Origin: Catajapyx aquilonaris
Lineage: Eukaryota
Assembly (NCBI GenBank): GCA_000934665.2
Contig: JYFJ02000286.1
Span: 62,001 to 126,000, forward strand
Direction: 5' to 3'
DNA length: 64,000 nt
Positions 1-10,700 of this stretch are shown in pieces. The stretch's first letter is position 1, and each line of letters opens with the position of its first letter. The notes under the pieces were generated by a model. It did not search any database. It saw only the letters and a list, made by a program, of their open reading frames with translations, and had not been told where the DNA came from. A program made the position numbers and the translations under genes.

Positions 1-154
1 TATCACTTGATGAAGTCTAGGAAGGTTAAAAAGCATTGCAGAAGAATTTCTAGTGTGTGTGACCAGTTAGATTGGTTTTCTCATTCTTCATTTCTCATAA
101 ACCTGTTATTGGAAAGATAGAGAAAAACTATTTAGTGTCTTGCCTTTTCAACAG

Positions 155-2269
155 ATCATGTGTATGATATGGGAGGAGCTGTCACCCCAGTACCCCTGCA
201 CTGTGCAAGATGTGCTGGAATTTCGTCAGAACCATGTAGGTGATGCTACTGAAGCTGTCCGCACTATGTCTTACTATTTCCGCCAGAGACAATACCACCA
301 GATGGTGATGCAGAGCCAGCATCATTTGTACTCTTCCATGGCAACCCCAACAGCTCCCCCACCAGTTGCCAATACCCTTCCAAACCACTATCAGTTTGAT
401 CCCACCTACAACAATCCAAACCTTCCATATTACTGCACCATGCGCCACCCATCACAACTCTACCCAGCTCCACAAGTGTCTCCATTTTATCCTGGTGTGT
501 CACCCTTCTACCACCACCATCAGATGTCTCCAGCAGCCCCTCAGTCCTCAACACTAATTGGTGCAGGGCCAAGGCAGCATGTTCCAACAGAGAGGCTCAT
601 TGACGTGGATGGACCAGAGCAGCCATTGGTTGCACCCAGTAGTGTCACCAGGCAGACTAAAGTAGTTCATGCACCAAAGAAGGATGAATTTGCACCTGAG
701 CCAAGTTTGCAGGTAAGGGGAAGATCAGTTTTAATTTTCTGATATGTGACATAATTGAAACTTTTTGGAATGTTGGAGGTAGGAGAAATGAGTTAATATG
801 CAGCAAAATTGAGATGTTTTGGTTTTGACTAGGTTCAGGCAAAGGACCGCACCAAAGTTCGTAATGGGGATTGGTCTGATAGCTGGAGCTACGTATACAG
901 TGGACTGGAAAGTCGTGGATATAGTAAGGATCTGGGAGATAGGGGTGACTTGCTGGCCAACCAGGGGCGAACTGTGACTAGAAGCCACACCAAGAGCCAA
1001 GTTCAGACAAGTAATGGCATTTCTAATAACAACACACCACTTCCCAGGAGTGTACTTGAGCTGCAGGATACTCTTAAGTATGTGCTGGAAACTATTTAAG
1101 TGCGTGAGACCTGTACGTAACACACTAATGAGTTTAATTGTTGTTGGATAGGAGGGAAGCACTTGAGATTCCAAAGACATCGCATATAACTGCACCTGGA
1201 AAAGCTGTCCCTGTGGTTGTTAAGCCAACTTCAACCTCTACTAAAGCTACATCTGCACCAAAAGAAAAAGTAGATGATAAGCACATTGAGTTTATGAAAG
1301 TTCTTAACAGCTTTGAATCAGGGATCAAGTTTATTGAAGATGAGTCTCCTGATGAGAAACCATCTGCAACTGCAATTGGAATTGCATCTGCAACGAAAAC
1401 CACAGCAGCTGTCATTGAAAATCGCAGTTCTACTTCCATTGGATCACTGAAGGTATGGTTGTTAACTTTATTGCAGCAATTTTGTTGGTGCATTGTAATA
1501 AATTTGTTACGGTGGCATATTTAAAAACTGATAGTTGTAGGAATTTGTGAATTGTTGATATGGGCAAAGAAAGAGTCAATTATCAATGAGTCTTAAAAGT
1601 ACAGTAGCACAGTAACGTGAAGTGTCATCTTTTCTCTCTCTACATTATCAGGTGACAGCAGCAGATTCCAGTTTGGTAACACCTTCTCAAACAGACAGAA
1701 TCCGTGAGGCCCGTGTGGTGACCATGCCTCGCGATCCTCCTCGTGTTTCATCATCATCTAAAGATGCACCACAATCTAGTCAGCACAAAACAATGAAATT
1801 ACCACCAGGTAACATCGCCAGGTGGAAGTGCCCCAAATGCACTTACCAGAACACTGAAGTTTGCCCGACATGTGTTGTGTGTGACACACATCGACCCAAG
1901 GAAACTTCTCCAACTTCACCTAAATCACCAGTTACAGCAGCTACCCCTGAGACACCCAAGCCTGTCCCAAGTGCCAAAGAATCAAGTGATGCCACAGATG
2001 TTGTTGATAGTTCTCCTAAAGCTACTGAAGGCACTGATGCTTCGAGCACTACTCCAGCTGAGTGGGAGTGTGTTACATGCACCTTTCACAATTCAGGGAA
2101 GGACATTGTGTGTGTCATGTGTGGAAAGTCAAAAGCAAGAGGGCTGGAAGCAAGTCCTCTGGCCAGTGGCGGGAAGCAATGCAGCAAGTGCACACTTGTT
2201 AATGGGAAAGATGCCCGGATCTGCGATGCTTGTGGTACCAGCCTGAATGACTCGGCCACTTATGTGTAG
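155..2269 (+). CDS. tamo: Protein tamozhennic-like (SPATA2/tamo family) with RanBP2-type zinc fingers; 3' part only, 5' exons lie upstream of the window
   Basis: Exons 155-712, 833-1077, 1152-1452 and 1652-2269 have AG/GT boundaries and a continuous frame. The DSWSYVYSGLESRGYSKDLGDRGDLL motif is typical of tamo homologues. Three RanBP2 fingers (WKCPKCTYQN..CVVC, WECVTCTFHN..CVMC, QCSKCTLVN..CDAC). C-terminus SATYV*. Confidence 0.82.
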
Positions 2270-2948
2270 GCAGTGCAGGTACATGGGTGAAAGGTAATCT
2301 TTGCTAACTAGGGTCAATCAGCATTTTAAAAATTTCTTACCGTATGGCAAGGGAGGAAAGTCGAGAACTGTAGATTCTTCAATATATGTGGTGTACCTGA
2401 AGTTTTGTCACAACCTTGAAGACATTTGCCTTCCACTCAATTGTTGTAAGAATGAGTCACATGCCATAAGAAATTCTCCTACTGTTTCAAGGTGCAGATG
2501 AGGATTTACATAGTCATCCCTGAAGATGATATTACCAATCTGATATTATCCTCAGTTTCGTTTTTTTTTTTTTTTTTTGCTAATGGTTGTTTATTTATAC
2601 AGCTAGTAATATTGCAAGCGGTGCAACATTGTAGGTGCCACACAGACTTGTCCGAATTGTTTCAGCATTAATTGCACAGGATAGTTCTGAGAACAAGGGC
2701 AACTTAAGTTTTTGTGAAGGTGGATGAGACGCTATTTATAATATATCTGAAGAGATCACTTTCCTTTGAGCATGTGGCTCCAATTGGTGGTATATTTGCA
2801 AGTAGTTGTGACAAACTTTATGGATGGCTTAAAATTTGAATGACTGATATTGACTTACTTGACATTAAAGAGCAGAAGTGGGATGAATCTAGCTATAGTT
2901 TTTACACCCCTGACCATGGTGTGCCTCTGGCCACTTCAAATTATGTTA

Positions 2949-3106
2949 CAGTGAAACTTGTCCATAATGGACCCTGAGAATAGCAGAAACTTGCACATTG
3001 GGAAATTAGTTCTGGGAAAGGGCATATTGATGGATTTTGCAGAAACCTATCCATTATGGAAAAAGTTTCAGGTTCCATTTGATTCTGCTATACACAAGTT
3101 TCGCTG
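2949..3106. mobile_element. Short pogo/Tigger-like (Tc1/mariner superfamily) MITE
   Basis: TA|CAGTGAAACTTG at the left end and CAAGTTTCGCTG at the right end; resembles the element at 11210-11402. Confidence 0.55.
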
Positions 3107-3114
3107 CATATGTA

Positions 3115-3262
3115 CAGTTGGTTAAAGCATTACCTTTCCATGTGAGGCTGCGAAATTAGCCTCCAACAGACGTGCTGCCTCCCCCTGATGCAATGACTCG
3201 CACTCCCCTAGGTGGAGGCTACTTTCTTGCCTCTTGTGGAAAGGTAATCCTTTAACTGACTG
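3115..3262. mobile_element. Fold-back MITE with TA target duplication
   Basis: TA|CAGTTGGTTAAAGCATTACCTTTCCA ... TGGAAAGGTAATCCTTTAACTGACTG|TA; imperfect inverted arms extend inward (GAGGC..AGCCTCC / GGAGGCT..GCCTC). Confidence 0.7.
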
Positions 3263-3429
3263 TACTGTATACCTATTACGTATACAAAATAATGGGGCAG
3301 TCCATTAATTGCATAAGAAATTAAGTTGCTTATGGTGGGTTGTGATATATGCTGACATCAAAATTGTGATACTCAACGCTACTTTGGATTTATAATTCAC
3401 CTTTTTCCATTTAATAACAAAAATTTCTA

Positions 3430-3435
3430 AATAAA
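3430..3435 (+). promoter_or_regulatory. Candidate polyadenylation signal of the tamo-like gene
   Basis: First canonical AATAAA I found downstream of the stop at 2269. Confidence 0.3.
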
Positions 3436-6400
3436 ATAACTAAATGTAGGATATCTGGCAGAGCAGCATGGTTGCACATCTAGCTGTAACATGCAAAAAT
3501 GCTGCCATAACATTGAAAGAAAATCTGAAAACATGAAAATTACTTGTCTCACCTGACATACTACCAGCCAAATATTATTGTGGAAACTTCATGTTGTAAC
3601 CTGTGAGTGAGCAGAAGTCATAGCATAAATTCCAAGCCTCAATTTGTAAGTATACATGGGCTCTGACCAATTGGCTAGGGCAATTGCAAATATTGGTTGT
3701 CATGCTCATTTATAAATGAGCATGTTAGTAGCCAGTAGCATGCACCATGCGGAGAAGATTAACGAACTGCAAGTAGGCCTATGCTGAATATGTCGCATAG
3801 TTCTGAATAATGATCACTGGAAAATGTGCAGGAATCTTTACCCACCATAACCACTAGTTCAAAAACATTATGTACATACAAATGGATTATATCAATCCTA
3901 GTTTTGATAAAGAAATTATTTTGTGGCTGTGATTTCTATTTCAATATTGCGCCGACTTGACTGTAATGTGAATGTCTTCACAGCATTGTGTAATTTATGG
4001 ATGCCCCAGAGTGTATTTTCACTAGGCTAGACTGCAAGAAGGGAGTGGCAAAAATGTTTGTAATATTTCTGTAGGATACCTTTGTACAGGCGGGGATTTT
4101 TCACCTTGTGGCTGGGTCCCCCCTTCACCCAAATCTGATTTTACTACTGAATCTTACATTTTCGGCATATACGATATTAATTTAATTATAGAAATACCGT
4201 ACTTTTCATAAAATCATTTTCTCCAGCTTAAAATAGCATGAACAGTTACAGTGCTGTTTTAAATCTGCGTTTAACTCAACTTCATGTTGTAATTGTGAAA
4301 AGTGTAGTTGGCCAACTGCTTGTTGGAATCTTTCAGAAGTGATATTTATCGTGTTAAGTTAGTGGTGCCAGCCACAAAGTTACAAAGACCAGCCCGTAGT
4401 TGCAAACACAAGAGTGATAAAAAGATGAAACACTCTACAGAAATTATGTTTTGCTTTTGTGTATTATTAACTCACATCTCTTTAGTGATATGCTAGAAAA
4501 ATGTGTTAAATATTTCTTGTTACAGTATTTTTCTGCCTCTATTATGTTTTTTTATTGATGACCAGAGTTTGTTTTTTTAAGAAAAGCATTACAGATGCCC
4601 ATCATTTTCCATGCAAGACAATATTGCTACCCAAGTAATATAGTACGACTCGTAGATTTTTCTGACCAGAGTGACCATTCAAGGAGAAATAATTATCAAT
4701 AACTCCCTAATATTTTGACTTTGTCTACCAAGGTGGTCTCAAGGCCGATGAATAGGTCCTTCCAAATGAATCTTTTATTTCAAGCCATGTTGATCTAAAG
4801 TATATGCTGCTGTTTAGGAACCCAGTTAAGCTATCAGATGGCAGACTGGTCACTGGTTTCTTAATCTTTTGCTCTTCTTTGGGGAGTAGTATGGGACATT
4901 GTATGGATGTATATAAATAGGTGTGTTACTTAGTGCATTTGACATTTAGGGACAAGAGAAGGTGGTCACTTTCTTCCAAATGTGTGTGACTTCAGTGTCT
5001 GCATGTCATTGTGCTGAGCTGCTTTGCAATTGTATATTTAAAAATACAAATATGTAAAACTAAATTTGTTTATGAAATTATAAATTGTACACAATATACA
5101 GATAAAAATTACTAGCTGTTATTGCCCAGGCACAAGGAATTCAGTATTCTGGCATTCTTCATGTCAGTGTGGCAGCTGTAAATTAAAAAAGAATTGTAAG
5201 CTATTTTGTAGTGCATTAAAATGATTATGATCGTCATTAGCAGACTTTCACTCTACTCTACATTGGGACTGACATCGGGGAAAGGCAGAGGTTGAATTGC
5301 ATTATTTAATTATTTGGATGTGTGTTGTTGGAGTATCCATTCAGTGATTGCTTTACTGGTAATGGAGTTTTCTGCCTGCACAGACTTGCTGTGTATTTAC
5401 CCTGCTACACACACAGATTCAGGATAATTGAGACTTGACCGTACTTATCTGAGTAAAGTGTTAAATCACCAACTTGAAATAATAATCATAGCAGTGCTTT
5501 GACCTCATGAGAGGTACAACACATGGACCTTTATTTACTCAAGATAAGACCTTCGCATGCATTTGTATGGGGACGAGTGGGATGGGAGGAGCAAGTGCTA
5601 ATGCAGTGTTATAAGCAGCCATTTTGTTAGTTCTCTGGGATGTTAGTCTCAAGGAACTCCACCTGAGAGGAAGCCAGAGATGACATCACGATATAAAAGG
5701 GTGGAAGATCAGGGCTTGGCATTGAACCACTTCCATCAGTGTGCACATATATTACCACAGTTCCTAAATCCCTCCTCACCAACTTGAAATTAATGCATGA
5801 CATGATAATGGCCATGTTTACAAAACTTGTGATACCATCATAACAAATCATATTTTACCATTGCCATTTTAGGCAGGTGAAAATGCCAAAAGATTCTTTC
5901 TCAAAATATGCAAGATCCCAAATAATGTTCATGACTATTTTTGTAATATATTTCTAGCTTTTAGTGTATGTTAAAATGTACCAACATTTGGCATTAACGC
6001 TGTGTTTTTTTTGTGCCCTTCTTTCCTATCTGCTAATTTTCTGGCGTTTTGAGCTGAAACATGTGGAAGAAATATTGACCTGGATATCTATAAAGAGGTG
6101 GGGCAGGGGAGGTGCAATTTGCACGTGGCAAAAAAGCTATGGTCAAGCTATGGTACAAGGTTTATTAGCCTTGCTTTTCTTGGCATAGCATGTGATAGGC
6201 TACTTTAATAGAGGTTGTGATGTTTTCTAGTGCTTCTGCACCTCCAAGGATGGCCTACAATCATGCAGATAATCAGGTTATCTCAAACATAAAGACACGT
6301 GTCACCCACTTGTTCCAAGCAGATACTGGAAGGAAAGAGCTGTAAGTCTGTCATCTATTAGTCATATATTAGTGTGGTAGGGGATGCTTAGGTAGTGAAC

Positions 6401-7793
6401 TGAAAATGAAGAAGGATGTGAAATGAACAAATGGCTAGGCAGCACATGTTGTAAGGTGTGTTAGCTGGATTTCAAACTTAGGTTAGACATTCGAGTGATT
6501 CATCAGGCTGGCCACAATCAAAGATGCAAGAGATTGTTATCAATAGCTCTCACAATATCAAGTAAAAACCTCGAAGACCTTCCTCTGTCTTCAGTATATG
6601 CCTCCTCTTGGGATGTTCCTTACTAGATATTGACAGTGAGTAGGAAAACACGCCAGTGCTAGTAGAAATCAGGTGGCACTAAGGCAACCTTGACCAGAAA
6701 TGCATGGAAGACCATTATTCACCAGTATTACATAGTTTGTGCCTAGTATACAAATAATTCTTAATTGGTGCTTCATTCACATCACAATAAATTGATAAGT
6801 ATATAAACACCGGTCGAAAAAACTGGTTGACTTAAAGTGGAAACATAAATATCCTACTTGTTTTCGAATCAACACTTCAGTTATTATTGAGATGCCAGGG
6901 TGAGAGCAGAATTTCGAGTCTGATCACAGATAAATCGGTTGACATTACCTTTCCAACAATTTTCTTAAGAGAGTGCATATTCTCTTGGTGTCCTTGGAAT
7001 ATATTACCCTGGCAGTATTACACTACTTTGCCTCACAACTTCACTTGAATCTTTTCCATCATTTTCCTACAGTGTATCCTTCAGCTGCTTAAAAAAAACG
7101 CTTTTGCCAGTACATGTATCCCAAATTGTTTGGAAGGCATTCTGCCAAGTGAGGTGCTCTTGATGGGGGTGAATGGCCAAATGTTCATGAAAAGTTGCCC
7201 TGTGCTATGTTTACTCTAAAAACTGTGTGTAGGAGAGAGAGGTGTGCTTCATATTACAAGGGTAGGCAGATAATTTCCCTCATGTTTTCATATCAACTAA
7301 TAGCAGTTTGTAATCTATCAGTGTGACTCTACTTTAGCCTGCTTCTGCATTAATCACCAAACAAGTAGGCTTTATAAATGTATGTTAGTATTCATACTGT
7401 TGCCCTCGGAACCTGGGAACCTTGGGGACCTCTGATGCCACAGGAAGCTGTTTTTCCCTGTAACATTTTTTACAAGCAAAGAGTCCACCAAGTAGTGTAA
7501 CCTACACCTAAATGAATAGCTTGACAAGTAACTCAAGGTAGTATTTAAATAATGTAGTTTGATGGCCCCTTTGCAAATACAGTAAATGAATAAACCTAAA
7601 TCTTGCATGCGTTCCTGAGTCATATTGGCACAGTGATTGCTGGGTGCCTGTCTACAGGGAACTTCATGCCACCAGAATTACTATCATAACAAGGCTCAAA
7701 TTAGGCTGAGAAGTGTTATGTGAGATTTCCCCCAATACACATCCAAACTGTCTTATCATCATGTATGTGTGATTCATATTACAGGCATTAGAA

Positions 7794-10700
7794 ATGGATT
7801 CACTTGATTTGAACTGGCCAGTTATAGCAACACTTGCCTCTATTCTGACACCTGTGATTATTATGTTGTTGCGGCACACAAAGCATGGCAACAACTTGCA
7901 TGATATTGCATTGGCACAAAAGTGCATGGCAAAGCGTATGAACGACTATAATTATGATGGGGACTGTGGACTGCTGCCGACAGAGAAGGAAGAAAAGATG
8001 GAGACTGGATTATTAAGCACAGATATGGACAGGATGCTGTTTTATGGCAATGACCAAGCTGGAAACACTGCTCTTTTGAGCATAGTCCAGAGAAGCAACA
8101 GGCATGCTCTTGTGTGGGTGTATGTCCACACATATGATGGATATACCTACCAGCTTCCAAGTAAGAATTTTTATTATTGTCAATCCAGCTGGATTGGGCT
8201 TTTTGTTGATTGTTGGTTATAGTTTTGCGAAACAATAACAAGCCAAATCTGGCCAGATTTTTATAAAGTTTTTTGCTCCCTGCCTACATAAAACAAAAAA
8301 AATTATGTAAAGCAGGCCCACACTGTTGGGCAATAAACTAATTGACCTTATTTCAGATCATCCTGACACAAATGTGTATAACACAAATGAATCTGAATGG
8401 GATGCCTCAGGGCTACACTTTGAAGTGTTAGAACCAATGCGCAAGTGGCGCATCTGTTTCAAAGGGTATCTACAAGACCAGACTGGCAGTGTCACTGAAG
8501 GAAGATTCAATTTCATGTGAGATCATATTTTTGATTGTATCTCACTTTTGCCACCAACATGTGCTAAAAATAACTTGTCTGATTTTTAAGATGGACAGCT
8601 CTTCAAGTACCATTTGATATTAAAAAGGATTCCCATCCACACCTACTGGGAACATGTCTGCCTGGATCACAGCCTGCTCATGAGAAGTGGAACATGCTAT
8701 GGTATGCACACGCAGGGTAATGAAGAAGCTACATCCACCCTCAGATTTGGGTTACTTGCTGTTTATTAAATTACTGCAAAAACCAATTATTACAAAGGCT
8801 TATAGAAGAATTTCTTTACTTCAGGAAGTGTGAACTGGATGGATATGAGCAATGGGGAAGCTTTATAGGAGAAATTGAAGTTGCAGAAAAGTGCAATGAA
8901 CTGTACCTACGTGGATTGCGCCTGAGACAGTGGTCAACTTGCAATGTTACATGCATGGATACTCATGTCACATGTAACACAAAACCCAAGTTGGAATTCA
9001 TTGGATGCACTAAGGATGGATTTTATGTGCACTTAGTGGTGGGAGAGAAGCAAAAATATGGGCACATCACTACTTCACAGCGGCAAGTATATGCACTGGA
9101 TAAATTAGAATTGTCACTGGAAATGGCTCGTGATGGGATGCCGCCTGGCACAACTGTAACTCTTTCAGGTATTCCATGTTCTTATGTAATCAGCTATAGA
9201 CTACGAAAATTAAATATTGAGCTATATCATATTTTATCCGTACATTCAAATTAAAGCAAAAGAAACATCTCATCTGATGACTGTGGGAGAAGTCAACCAC
9301 TCCGCTATTCTTTATGAGGAACGTCCATGGCAAGTGCGAGAGAAACTGCAGTTTTTGTCTTTCACACTTAACTCAAAACATTCTGGATATGGCATAATTA
9401 TACACAAAAGCAGGTAAGCATTCAAAAAGAAATGAAGCAAAATGTTTGCTTGTTTAAGAATGACTAATACTTAAAAATAACAATTACCCAGCAGATTGCA
9501 CTTTCATAAACCTAACTTTCGTAATCTTAATCTATTTCATAATTATGTGATTCATAATAATTATTTGGTGAAGTTATGCATATATTTATGACAATGCCAT
9601 ATTCCTGGTAAATGGTGGAACATGTTTTTTTTTCTTTTTTTTCCAGATGGGATGGCCCATGCCCGTTTCCACCTGAAGTGCCATTTCCTTCAGCCCATCC
9701 CAAATTAAGCAAGTGTCAGAAAAGTTTTGTCATCAGTTTTGGGTCACTAGACTGTCAATCAACTATCCTAGTTGGAGGGAAGGGAGCATCACTAGCCCTC
9801 TTGGTAACACTTCAGGAAAAATTGGGATTCAGTGTTACTGATGGAATATGTGTCACCACTGAGGCATTTAAGAGACACAAGGAAAGACATCCAGAAATTA
9901 ATGATGCACTTGTGCATGTTGCTAATGTTGCAGCAGGTGCTGTAAATGGAGATTTGCAAGAAGCATGCGACAGGTGAGTAGCATGTGTGAGTCTCACCCT
10001 TTGTTGACATTATTTGAGCATAATCTTTCATATTCCTGAATTTATTTTCAGAGCCATGAATGTGATAAAAAGTACATCTATTGAAGGCACAGACATTTGT
10101 GAAGCATTGATTAAGCAATTAAATATCCAATTTGGTGACATAGCTAGGAAAAAACTTGCGGTGAGGTCGTCTGCAGTAGGAGAAGATTCTGAAGAGCTTT
10201 CATCTGCAGGGCAAAATGAAACCTTTTTAGGAATCATGGGAGTGACATCTATAATGTCTTCTGTAATCAAGTGCTGGGCATCTCCTTACTCATTCAGATC
10301 AGTTACCTATAGGCGACAGTATGGGCAAGAAGTGATATGTGATATGGGAGTGGTGATCCAGGAAATGGTTGAGGCAGAGGCTGCAGGGGTCATGTTCACT
10401 GCTGATCCTGTGACAGGAAGCACTTCAAGTGTCACCATCACAGCCAACTATGGGCTTGGAGAGGTTAGTTCTTAAGGAATGGAAGTGACTTAAACTAAGG
10501 ATGCAAGAAATTAATCATAGTGTATATGATGCATAAGATATCATCTCACTTATATTTTTTGCAGAAGTAGCACAGAATTAAGAGTACAATCATTGTCAAT
10601 ACAATAAATTAAGCTCCCTTATTACATAACTACTTATTTCTACTTTATCAGAGTGTAGTTTCTGCCAGTGCAGACCCAGACTCAGTTGTCATCAGGCGGA

